20,000 bases of DNA from Malacoraja senta (lineage: Eukaryota), in assembly GCA_038087875.1 (NCBI GenBank), contig JAXLNO010000362.1, forward strand, positions 234,635 to 254,634, in the 5' to 3' direction. The position numbers and the translations under genes were made by a program. Within the stretch, counting starts at the first letter, position 1; the number at the start of each line of letters is the position of its first letter. Of this stretch, positions 9,948 through 19,902 are shown one piece after another. The notes under the pieces are model-generated. The model ran no database searches and was not told the DNA's origin. It saw only the letters and a program-made list of their open reading frames with translations.

Positions 9948-11442
9948 GATGATGTACACTAGCAAGTTTGCGGATGACACAAGGCTTGGTGGCAGTGTGA
10001 ACTGTGAAGAGGATGTTAGGTGGTTGCAGGGTGACCTGGACAGGTTGAGTGAGTGGGCAGATACATGGCAGATGCAGTATAATATAGATAAATGTGAGGT
10101 TATCCACTTTGGTGGCAAAAACAAGGGGGCAGATTATTATCTCAATGGGGTTAGGTTAGGTAAGGGGGAGGTGCAGCGAGACCTGGGCGTCCTTGTACAC
10201 CGGTCACTGAAAGTTGGCTTACAGGTACAGCAGGCAGTGAAGAAAGCTAATGGAATGTTGGCCTTCATAACAAGAGGATTTCAGTATAGGAGTAAAGAGG
10301 TTCTTCTGCATAGGGCTCTGGTGAGACCACATCTGGATTATTGTGTACAGTTTTGGTCTCCTAATTTGAGGAAGGACATCCTTGTGATTGAGGCAGTGCA
10401 GCGTAGGTTCACGAGCTTGATGGGATGGCGGGACTGTCATATGAGGAAAGATTGAAAAGACTAGGCTTGTATTCACTGGAGTTTAGAAGGATGAGGGGAC
10501 ATCTTATAGAAACATATGAACTTGTAAAAGGACTGGACAAGCTAGATGCAGGAAAAATGTTCCCAATGTTGGGCAAGTCCAGAACCAGGGGCCACAGTCT
10601 TAGAATAATGGGGAGGTTATTTAAGACTGAGGTGAGAAGAAACTTTTTCACCCAGAGAGTTGTGAATTTATGGAATTCCCTGCCACAGAGGGCAGTGGAG
10701 GCCAAGTCACTGGATGGATCTAAGAGAGAGTTAGATAGAGCTCTAGGGGCTAGTGGAGTCAAGGGATATGGGGAGAAGGCAGGCACGGGTTATTGATAGT
10801 GGACGATCAGCCATGATCACAATGAATGGCGGTACTGGCTCGAAGGGCCGAATGGCCTCCTGCACCTATTTTCTATGTTTCTATCTAGAGAGATAAAGAA
10901 CACTGAATGTAAGATCAGAGAGCAGGAACTTGATCATTGGCCAGATGAGATGATGAATGGTTAATTGAAGTTAAATCAGACAAATGTGAGATGTTGCATT
11001 TTGGGACGTCTAACAAGAGCAGCACCAACACAGTAAATGGTCGGCCTCTGGGGAGTGTTGTAGAGCAGAGGGATCAAGGAGTGCAGGTGCAAGGTTCCTT
11101 GAAGGTCAAGTCGCAGATAGATCGGGTGGTCAAAAAGGCTTTTGGCACACTGGCCTTCACCAGTCAGAGTATTGAGTATAGAAGTTGGGTGATCATGTTG
11201 CAGTTGTATAAGATGTTGGTGAGACCACATTTAGAATATTGTGTTCGGTTCTGGGCACCATGTTACAGGAAAGATATTATCAAGCTTGAAAGGGTTCAGA
11301 GAAGATTTCTGAGAATGTTGCCAGGACTAGAGGGCCTGAGCTACAGGGAGAGGTTGAGCAGGCTGGGTCTCTATTCCGTGGAGCACAGGTGGATGAGGGG
11401 TGATCTTATAGAGGTGAAAAGATCATGAGGGGAATAGATTGA
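9948..11442 (+). mobile_element. Two CR1 fragments (duplicates of 996-2847 without the insert, and of 2895-3405)
   Basis: ORFs 9949-10455, 10425-10796 and 10991-11428 carry CR1 RT C-terminal motifs. Confidence 0.95.
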
Positions 11443-11468
11443 CAGTTTAAACCTTTGTTTGTCTTTAG

Positions 11469-11750
11469 ATGCTCCACAAAATCTCTCAATCACTTCCCAC
11501 GACGATGCGAACAGTTCCCGGGTCATTGTAAAGGAAGGAAACTTTGCAGCGATCCTCTGCTCCGTCCAGAGTTTCCCAGCATCTAACCTGACGTGGGGAC
11601 ATCTCGGTGTCACGCTGAACACAACATTTTCCAGCAACGAGCTGTGGATGCAGTTCCCTCAGCTGACACGGCAGAACGCTGGGGTCTATCAGTGTGTGGC
11701 GGAGAATGAACACGGGACAGCAGAGAGGGATGTGACCCTCACTGTAGAAT
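11469..11750 (+). CDS. Internal Ig (C2/I-set) exon, copy 2 (duplicate of 3433-3714)
   Basis: Same acceptor (AG 11467-11468) and donor (GTGAGT 11751). No differences from copy 1 seen on manual comparison. Confidence 0.92.
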
Positions 11751-11789
11751 GTGAGTAGACACACACTAACACGTCCCTCAAAACGTCAT

Positions 11790-12420
11790 AAGTGATAGGG
11801 GCAGAATTACATTGTCGAATGGCCATGTCTACTCCACCATTCAATCATGGCTGATCTATCTCTCCCTCCTAACCCCATTCTCCTGCCTTCTCATAGAGTT
11901 ATAAAGCCATGGGTTCATAGAGTCCTAGAGTGATACAGCATGGGAACAGCTCAACTTGCTTTCAACAGCCTACATGTCCCAGCTACATTAGTCCCACCTG
12001 CCCATGTTTGGCCCATATCCCTCCAAACTTGTCCTATCCATGTACTTGTCTGTTTCTTAAATACTGGGATAGTCCCAGCCTCAACGACCTCCTCTGGCTG
12101 CTCATTCCATACAACAACTACCCTTTGTATGAAAAAGTCACCCCCTAGATTCATTTAAAATATTTTCCCCTTCACCTTGAACCTACTCCTCAGGTCCTCG
12201 ATTCACCCACTCTGGGCAAGAGACTCCGTGCGTCTACCCGGTCTATTCCTCTCATGATTTTAAACACCTCTATAAGATCACCCCTCATCCTCCTGCGCTC
12301 CAAGGAAGAGAGTCCCAGCCTGCTCAACCTTTCCCTATACCTCAGGCCCTCTAGTCCTGGCCACAACCTCATAAATCTTCTCTGCACCCTTTCCTGCTTG
12401 ACAACATCTTTCCTGTATTT
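11790..12420 (-). mobile_element. CR1 3' fragments
   Basis: ERVQRRFMRLWPGLEGL...RGDLIEVFKIMRG and FFIQRVVVVWNE on the minus strand, plus 3' UTR. Confidence 0.88.
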
Positions 12421-12566
12421 CCTCTCTCCTCTTCTAAGATGAGAAAGATTAGATACAATTAGTTGAAGCATTGTGTGCAGTTCTGATCACCCCATTACAG
12501 GCAGGATGTGGTCAGGGTGCAGAACGCTGCCTAGATTAGAGAGTATTACCAATAAGGAGTTTTAAG

Positions 12567-12878
12567 GGGGGCACACGGTGGTTCAACGGTAGAGTTGGTG
12601 CCTCACAGCACCAGAGAGCCAGGTTCAATCCTCACTGTGGGTGCTTGTCAGTACGGAGTTGGCAAGTTCATCCCATAACCTACGTGGGTTTTCTTCGGGT
12701 GCTCCGGTTTCCTCCCACACTCCAAAGATATACAGGTGTGCAGGTTAATTGGCTTGGTATATTTGTAAATTGTCCCTAGTGTGTGCAGGATAGTATATGT
12801 GTGTGGGGATCGCTGGTCGGCATGGACACAGTGGGCCGAAGGGCCTGTTTCCGTGCTTTATCTCTAAACTAAACTAAA
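12567..12878 (+). mobile_element. Full-length V-SINE (HE1-like)
   Basis: tRNA-like head with B-box GGTTCAATCC, V-domain gggtgctccggtttcctcccacactccaaaga, CR1-derived tail gggccgaagggcctgtttcc and (CTAAA)n end. Confidence 0.92.
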
Positions 12879-12904
12879 GAAGAGGTTGGATAGACTTTCT
12901 CTGG

Positions 12905-13305
12905 AGTTCATGTTCATGTGATGAGAGCACAAAAAGGCCATTCGGCCCATCAAGTCTACTCTGCCATTCGATCATGGCTGATCTATTTCTCCCTCCCCTG
13001 CCCCATTCCCCTGCCTTCTCCCCATAACCTCTGACTCCCGTACTAATCAAGAATCTATCTATCTCTGCCTTAAATATATCCACTGACTTGGCCTCCACTG
13101 CCATCTGTGGCAAAGAATTCCACAGATTCACCACCCAGTTGAAAGGCTGAGGGGAGACCTGATAGAAATATATAAAACTATGAGTTGCATTGAGAAGGTA
13201 GGCAGTCAGAATCTTTTTCACATGGTGCAAATGTCAAGGTTGAGAGGGCAGAGCTTTAAGGTGAGAGGGGAAAATGGTAAAGGAGATGTGTGGGGCAACT
13301 TTTAC
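12905..13305. mobile_element. CR1 fragments: minus 3' end and a short plus piece
   Basis: WVVNLWNSLPQMAVEA on the minus strand, then a plus-strand RGDLIEIYK-like segment from about 13140. Confidence 0.8.
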
Positions 13306-13307
13306 AA

Positions 13308-13905
13308 TATGATACGACACAATATAACTTTATTTATCCCAGGAGAGTACTAAAAACACAAAATACCTGAAATACGAAATTAAAGTGACGAGTGGAAAGG
13401 CTTGGGGGCTGTGCAAAGATTACGTGGGAGGGGGGTGGTGGGGAGGCGAGTCAGTCTCAGTCTACACTACGACAGAAGGGGGAGGAGTTGTACAGTTTGA
13501 TAGCCACGGGTAAGAAGGATCTCCTGTGGCGTTCTGTCCTGCATCTTGGTGGAACCAGTCTGTTGCTGAAGGTGCTCCTCAGGTTGACCAATGTGTCACG
13601 GAGGGGGTGAGCTGTATTGTCCAGGATGCTCCACAGTTTGAGGAGCATCCGCCCCTCCAAGACCAACCTCCTATGAATCCAACTCCGCCCCCAGGACAGA
13701 GCCGGCCTTCCTGATGAGCTTGTTGATCCCATTGGCGTTCGCAGCCTTCACCTTGTTGTCCCGGCACACGGCAGCGAAGAAGATGGCACTGGCCACCACT
13801 GATTAGTAGAACATCTGCAGCTCCGTGCTGCAGATGTTGAAGGAGGGGAGCCTTCTCAGAAAGCTCTGTCCCTTCTTGTACAGGGCCTCAGAGTTCTTGG
13901 ATCAG
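13308..13905 (-). mobile_element. Rex1/Babar LINE, 5'-truncated
   Basis: ILDNTAHPLRD...RCRTERHRRSFLPVAIKLYNSS; the minus-strand end is gggataaataaagtt followed by a (GTATC)-like tail. Confidence 0.85.
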
Positions 13906-13911
13906 ACCCGT

Positions 13912-14408
13912 TTACTGAAGATAGACACTAAATGCTGGAGCAGACAAAAATGCTGGAGAAACTCAGCGGGTGAGGCAGCATCTATGGAGCGAATGAAATG
14001 GGCAACGTTTCGTGTCGAGACCCTTCTTCAGACTGATGTGAGGGTGGGGGGGGCGGGAAGAAGAAAGTAAGAGTCGGAGACAGTGGGCTGAGGGACAGCA
14101 GGGAAGGAGAGGAGAAAGCCGGGACTACCTGAAATTAGAGAAGTCAATGTTCATACCGTTGAGGTGTAAACTGCCCAAGTGAAATATGAGGTGCTGCTCC
14201 TCCAATTTACGGTGGGCCTCACTCTGGCCATGGAGGAGGCCCAGGACAGAAAGGTCAGATTCGGAATGTGAGGAAGAGTTGAAGTGCTGAGTCACTGGGA
14301 GATCAGGTTGGTCATTGCAATGCTGGAGTAACTCAGCGGGACAGGCAGCATCTCTGGAGGGAAGGAATAGGTGACGTTTTGGGGTGAGACCCTTCTTCAG
14401 ACTGATGA
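13912..14408 (-). mobile_element. Penelope-like element relic: GIY-YIG C-terminus between two hammerhead-bearing direct repeats
   Basis: Minus 14307-14125 translates PDLPVTQHFNSSSHSESDLSVLGLLHGQSEAHRKLEEQHLIFHLGSLHLNGMNIDFSNFR*. Hammerhead-like cores lie at 14373-14400 and 14004-14031. Confidence 0.85.
14004..14031 (-). ncRNA. Minimal type I hammerhead ribozyme-like motif (PLE-associated)
   Basis: Minus strand CTGAAGA-A-GGGTCTCGACAC-GAAAC-GTT; both conserved boxes intact, one mismatch in stem II, very short stems I and III. Confidence 0.6.
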
Positions 14409-14574
14409 TATTTGTATAAGGTACTTGTACTCCCTGGTAAACTGTTTAACAGACCATGGAGAGCATCTGCAACATGCTGTCAAGGGCGGTGATGGAGGCA
14501 GATAGGACAGTTCCTTCTCTCCAGAGATGCTGCCTGTCCCGCTGAATTTATTCCAGCATTTTGGGTTTGATCTC

Positions 14575-14808
14575 CTAGAAACATAGAAAAATAGTTGCAG
14601 GAGTAGGCCATTCAGCCCTTCAAGCCAGCACCACCATTCAATATGATCTTGGCTAATCTACTAAAATCAGTACCCCCGAGTCCTGCTTTTTCCCCATATC
14701 CCTTGATTCCTTTAGCCCTAAGCGCTAAATCTAACTCTCTTGAAAAAAATCCAGTGAACTGGACTCCACTGCCTTCTGTGGCAGAGAATTGCACAGATTC
14801 ACAACTCT
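14575..14808 (-). mobile_element. CR1 3' end
   Basis: tagaaacatagaaa tail and antisense RELDLALRAKGIKGYGEKAG; ends about 25 nt upstream of the exon acceptor. Confidence 0.88.
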
Positions 14809-14834
14809 CTCGTGTCTTGTTCCTCCCTCTCCAG

Positions 14835-15128
14835 ATGCGCCAGAGATTTTCTGGGATTCGCGATGCACTCACACACCTGAGAGTGTCACCTGTGTGTGTG
14901 CGGCCAGGTGCAACCCACCCGGAGAGCTCACCTGGCGCCTCCCCCTCGCCAACATCAGCGGAAATCAAACCCACGGACGTCTCCACATCTGGCAGGTGGC
15001 AAGCGGGCATCTGGTGTATGGCTCCCTCACTCTGAGAGGGGGTGAGGGAGGGGAGGACATGACGGCCTTGTGCTCAGTCCGAAACCGGCACGGGGAAGCC
15101 ATGCTCATGGTGTATCTGTTGATGGAAG
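14835..15128 (+). CDS. Membrane-proximal Ig exon resembling MAG domain 5 / the last Siglec Ig domain
   Basis: Acceptor tcctccctctccAG and donor GTGAGG at 15129; 294 nt, phase 1-1. (Y)APEIFWDSRCTHTPESVTCVCAARCNPPGELTW...ALCSVRNRHGEA shows the S-x-C-x8-CxC...NP pattern of MAG/Siglec proximal domains. Confidence 0.9.
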
Positions 15129-15779
15129 GTGAGGACATCGCTGGGCGAGGGAAGTCAGAGAGCCAGAGAGTCATATTGTAATGGCCATTTCTAACTTTTA
15201 CTATGTCCAACTTTCTGTTGCCATTACTACATAGGTAAGTAGGAGTGATCTTACACAGACCAAAAAAGAACAGATCTTCCAGTCATTCTTTATTGAAGTA
15301 GTTGTACAAACAAAGAGATGAACGTACCAGGTTCTCTGTATTCTCATACAAGTTGTAACTTCCTGTTCTCCCGATCTGTGTGAACTGTGTACCCTCCACC
15401 TCTTGTAGCTGGTCTGAATCACTCCCTGTCCACTAAGCCCATGTGTTACACCCCTCCATTCATCAAATGACCACCACCAAGTGTCCAAAATAATACCACT
15501 AGAAATATCTAGACAAACTAATATAATATGCCTGCAGTAGCTGGCCTAAACATAAATGGCTCCTATACATACCGTGTGGAAACAGGCCCTTCGGCTCAAC
15601 CTGCCCACACCAACCAACATGTCGCACCTACACCAGTCCCACCTGCCTGCATTTGGCCCATACCCCTGCAAACCTGACCTCATCGTGTATCTGTCTAATT
15701 CTCGAGTGCTGGCAACATTCTCATTACACAACACCCTTAGTGGTGTGTAATGAACCGGATTTCATAAGGGAACTCAAGG

Positions 15780-17084
15780 TAAAGGAGCCATTAGGAGGTA
15801 TTGACCATAATATGTTTTAATCTACAATTTGAGCGGGAGAAGGGAAAATCAGAAATGTCAGTATTACAGTTGAACAAAGGGGACTATGGAGCCATGAGGG
15901 AGGAGCTGGCGAAAGTTGACTGGAAAGATACCCTGGCAGGGATGACAGTGGAACAACAATGGCAGGTATTTCTGGGAATAATACAGAAAGTGCAGGATCA
16001 GTTCATTCCAAAGAGAAAGAAAGATTCCAAGGGGAGTAAGGGGTGACCGTGGCTGACAAGGGAAGTCAGGGAGAGTATAGAAATAAAAGAGAAGAAGTAT
16101 AACATTGCAAAGATGAGTGGGAAGCCAGAGGATTGGGTAACTTTTAAAGATCAACAGAAGATAACTAAAAAGGTAATGTGGGGAGAAAAGATGAGGTACG
16201 AAGGTAAGCTAGCCAAGAATATAAAGGAGGATAGTAAAAGCTTCTTTCGGTATGTGAAGAGGAAAAAATTAGTTAAGATTGAAGTTGGAATCTTGAAGAC
16301 TGAAACAGGTGAATTTATTATGGAGAACAAGGAAATAGCAGACGAGTTGAACAGGTACTTTGACAATATACAATAGACAATAGGAGCAGAGTAGGCCATT
16401 TGGCCCTTCGAGCCAGCACCGCCATTCAATTTGATCATGGCTGATCATCCACATTCAGTAACCCGTTCCTGCCTTATCACCATATCCCTAGTCTCCGCTA
16501 TCTTTAAGAGCTCTATCTAACTCTCTTGAAAGCATCTGATCCGTCTTCACTAAGGAAGACACAAACAATTTCCCTGATGGCCAGAGGAGTGGCCAGAGGA
16601 TCTAGGGTGATGGAGGAACTGAAGGAAATTCACAAAAGGCAGGAAATGGTGTTGGGTAGACTGATGGGACTGAAGGCTGATAAATCCCCAGGGCCTGATG
16701 ACCTGCATCCCAGGGTACTTACGGAAATGTCTCTAGAAATCGTTGACGCATTGGTGAACATTTTCCAATGTTCTAAAGATTCAGGATCAGTTCCTGTGGA
16801 TTGGAGGGTAGCTAATGTTCTCCCACTTTTTAAGAAAGGCGAGAGAGAGAAAACGGAATTATAGACCAGTTAGCCTGACATCGGTGGTGTGGAAGATACT
16901 GGAGTCAATTCTAAAAGATAAAATAGCGGCATATTTGGAAAACAGTAACAGGATCGGTCCGAGTCAGCATTGATTACGAAGGGGAAATCATGCTTGACTA
17001 ATCTTCTGGAATTTATTGAGGATGTAACTAGGAAAAGGGACAAGGGAGAGCCAGTGGATGTAGTGTACCTGGACTTTCAGAAAG
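15780..17084 (+). mobile_element. CR1 ORF2 (late endonuclease/linker to RT start) with a nested antisense CR1 tail (about 16363-16537)
   Basis: DYGAMREELAKVDW, KSFFRYVKRK, KSPGPDDLHPRVL and VDVVYLDFQK, with stops and frameshifts. Confidence 0.92.
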
Positions 17085-17086
17085 TA

Positions 17087-17114
17087 CTAGACTAAGTGGG
17101 ACCCATTGGGTCTC
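17087..17114 (-). mobile_element. Probable Helitron 3' terminus
   Basis: Minus strand: hairpin GAGACCC-AAT-GGGTCCC, then acttagt, then CTAG|T. Confidence 0.6.
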
Positions 17115-17123
17115 AGTCACCAC

Positions 17124-17836
17124 GGGGGGTCTGTGGTTGGGGGGGGGGGGGGGTATGGGGTGGGAGAGGAAGTGAGCATGTGGGCTGGAGGGGTTTGTGA
17201 GGGGGGAGGAGGGATGTGTGTGTTGGGGGGATGTGGTATGGGCGGGGTATGGGGAGAGAGGTTGTCAGAGGGGGAGGGGTGTGTGTGGGCAGGGGAGTGT
17301 GGAGGGGAGGGGTGTGAGCGTGGGTGGGGGGAATGTGGGGGTGGGGGTAGTGAGGAAGAGGGGGGTTGTGGGTGGGGGATTGTGGGCAGGGGATGTTGTG
17401 GAGGAGGGGTTTGCCGGTGGGGGAGGGGTGTGGGGTAGATTGTGTGGGCTTGTGTTGGGGGAGGGGGTTGTGTGGGGAGTGGGGTTGTGGGGGAGGGTTG
17501 TGGGGGATGGGGGGAGGGGTTTGTGGGCTTGTATAGGGGGATGGTGGGTTGTGTGGGGGATGGGGAGATTGTGGGGAGAGAAGGGGGGTGTGTGGGTGGC
17601 GTGGCATTGTGGGTGGTGGTGAATTGTGGGGGGGTGTGGGGGGGTGGTTGTGTTGGGGGAAGGGGGGTGTGGGCAGGGAGGGGTTGTGGGGGGCAGAGGT
17701 GTGTGGGAGGGAGGGGTGTGTGGGAAGAGGGATTGTGGGGGGATGAGGGTTGTTGGTCGGGGTGGGGAGAGAGCGGGGAGAAAGCTCGGGGATGTGTGGG
17801 CAGGGCGAGGATTGTGAGATGTGTGTGGAAGGGAGA
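17124..17836 (+). repeat. G-rich low-complexity / degenerate minisatellite (TGTGGGG-like units)
   Basis: About 700 nt of G-runs separated by TGT/A spacers, with very few C. Confidence 0.95.
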
Positions 17837-18662
17837 TGCAGTTTAATGTGGATAAATGTAAGGTTATCCTCTTTGGTGGCAAAAACAGGAAGACAGATTA
17901 TTACCTGCATGATGTCATGTTGGGAAAAAGGGTAGTACAAAGAGATCTGGGGGCTCTTGTTCATCACAAAACTGAAAGTAAGCATGCAGGTACAGCAAGC
18001 AGCAAATAAAGCCAATGGCATGTTGGCCTTCATAACAAGAGGAGTTGAGTATAGGAGCAAAGAGGCCCTTCTGCAGATGTACAGGGCCCTTGTGAGACCA
18101 CACAAGGGCCCTGTATTGTGTGCAGTTTTGATCTCCAAATTTGAGGATGGACATATTTGCTATTGAGGGAGTGGAGCGTAGGTTCACGAGATTAATTCCC
18201 GGGATGGCGGGACTGTCATATGTTGATAGAATGGAGTGGCTGGGCTTGTATACTCTGGCATTTTGAAGGATGAGAAGGGATCTTATTGAAACATATAAGA
18301 TTATGAAGGGATTGAACACGCTCGGGGCAGGAAACATGTTCCCGATGTTGGGGGAGTCCAGAACCAGGTGCCACAGTTTAAGAATAAGGGGAAGGCCATT
18401 TAAAATGGAGATAAGGAAAAACTTTTTTACCCAGAGAGTTGTGAATCTGTGGAATTCTCTGCCTCAGAAAGCAGTGGAGGCCAATTCTCTGGATGCTTTC
18501 AAGAGAGAGTTAGATAGAGCTCTTAAAGATAGCGGAGTCAAGGGATATGGTGAGAAGACAGGAACGGGGTACTGAATGTGGATGATCAGCCATGATCACA
18601 TTGAATGGTGGTGCTGGCTCGAAGGGCCAAATGGCCTACTCCTGCACCTATTGTCTATTGTC
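17837..18662 (+). mobile_element. CR1 3' fragment with tail
   Basis: MQFNVDKCKV, YRALVRPH, FFTQRVVNLWNSLP and a (CTATTGT)n end. Confidence 0.92.
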
Positions 18663-18789
18663 ATGAATCTTCTCTGCACTCTTTCCAGCTTCCTTCCTGG
18701 AGCAGTGTGACTAAAACTGAACGCAATACCTCAAATGCGGTCTCACCAACTTCTCACCAACTAGAATCTAACATCTGCGGCAGGCAAGA

Positions 18790-19223
18790 TGTCATAGAGT
18801 CATAGAGTCACATCGCATGAAAACAGGCCCATATCCCTCTAAACATCCTCTCATAGAGTTATAGTGATACATCGTGGAAACAGACCCTTCGGCCCAACTT
18901 GTCCACACCAGCCAACATGCCCCAGCTACACTAGTCCCACCTGCCTGTGCTTGGTCCATATCCCTGCAAACCAGTCCTATCTATGCACCTGTATAACTGT
19001 TTCGTAAATGTTGGGATAGTCCCCGACTCAACGTCCGCATCTGGCAGCAGATTCCATACACCCACCACCCTCTGTGTGAAAAAGTTCCCCCTTAGATTCC
19101 TATTAAATCTTTTCCCCCGTACCTTCACCCTATAGCCTCTGGTGTTTGATTCCCCTACTCCGGGCAAGAGACTCTGTGCATCTACCCGGTCTAATCCTCT
19201 CATGATTTATACACTACTATAAG
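18790..19223 (-). mobile_element. CR1 (HER1-type) 3' fragments
   Basis: ORF 18931-19203 MRGLDRVDAQSL...FFTQRVVGVWN and catagagt tail repeats. Confidence 0.88.
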
Positions 19224-19351
19224 ACTATGTTACAGTTTAGTTTATTGTCATGTGTGTCGAGCTACAGTGAAACTGGTCAGCACCGGTGACAACCTACTTC
19301 GTCCTGGCGACAACCTATGACAGCAACTACGTCAGAAGACAAGCTACGATC

Positions 19352-19457
19352 AGAGAGAGGCAGAGAGAGGCAGAGAGAGAGAGTCAGAGAGAGAGAGAGA
19401 GAGAGGCAGAGAGAGAGAGAGAGAGAGAGATAGAGGCAGAGAGAGAGAGGCAGGGAG
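19352..19457. repeat. (GA)n/(GGCAGAGAGA)n microsatellite
   Basis: Seen directly. Confidence 0.97.
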
Positions 19458-19477
19458 ATCTGTCCCTCGCCCACTGG

Positions 19478-19775
19478 CGTGAAAACGCACATCTCCAGAT
19501 TCAGTGACAGTTTCTTCCCAGCTGTTATCAGGCAACTGAACCATTCTACCACAATTAGGGAGCAGTCCTGACCTACTTTCTACCTCATTGGTGACCCTCG
19601 GACTATCTTTGATCGGACTTTGCTGGCTTTATCTTGCACTAAACGTTATTCCCTTTATTTTCACTGTGGACAGCTCGATTGTAATCATGTGTTCCCTTTC
19701 CGCTGACTGGATAGCATGGCGCAAAAGCTTTTCACTGTACCTCGTTACACGTGACAATAAATTAAACTGTAAAAA
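19478..19775 (+). mobile_element. Rex1/Babar-like 3' fragment
   Basis: Encodes VKTHISRFSDSFFPAVIRQLNH (homologous to 5113-5415) and ends gacAATAAAttaaact. Confidence 0.72.
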
Positions 19776-19805
19776 CTGAACCCAAACCTCTGGTTGTTCT
19801 TACAG

Positions 19806-19902
19806 GTAAAAGCTTCAGTATTTGGATGGCAGTTTTGCTCACAGCAGGGATAATACTGATCGCTGTCCTAGCTGGATTCATCATCTACAAGTATATACTG
19901 CG
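19806..19902 (+). CDS. Transmembrane exon of the same receptor
   Basis: Acceptor ggttgttcttacAG and donor GTAAGT at 19903; phase 1 in, phase 2 out. (G)KSFSIWMAVLLTAGIILIAVLAGFIIYKYILR is a ~23-aa hydrophobic helix followed by basic residues, in frame with the preceding exon. Not in the ORF track. Confidence 0.9.

Larger units (their letters stand above)
8953..11767. repeat. Segmental duplication, copy B (visible aligned part)
   Basis: Near-identical to 1-3731 apart from the 896-bp insert. About 14 substitutions counted by eye over the first 1184 nt. Confidence 0.97.

Noticed and set aside
17106..18138. Pro/His- or Gly-rich ORFs up to 341 aa
   Set aside because: Artefacts of the G-rich low-complexity tract.
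194..18575. RT ORFs as a functional reverse transcriptase system (retron, DGR, intact LINE)
   Set aside because: All are short, frameshifted or stop-interrupted CR1/Rex1 fragments in a vertebrate intron context.
19280..19350. CRISPR-like short repeats (GACAACCTA)
   Set aside because: Only 2-4 degenerate 9-mers with short spacing, in a eukaryotic context with no cas genes.
3433..19902. Assigning the symbol MAG, CD22 or SIGLEC1
   Set aside because: The architecture is family-like, but the sequence is not recognisably orthologous, and the N-terminal and cytoplasmic exons lie outside the window.
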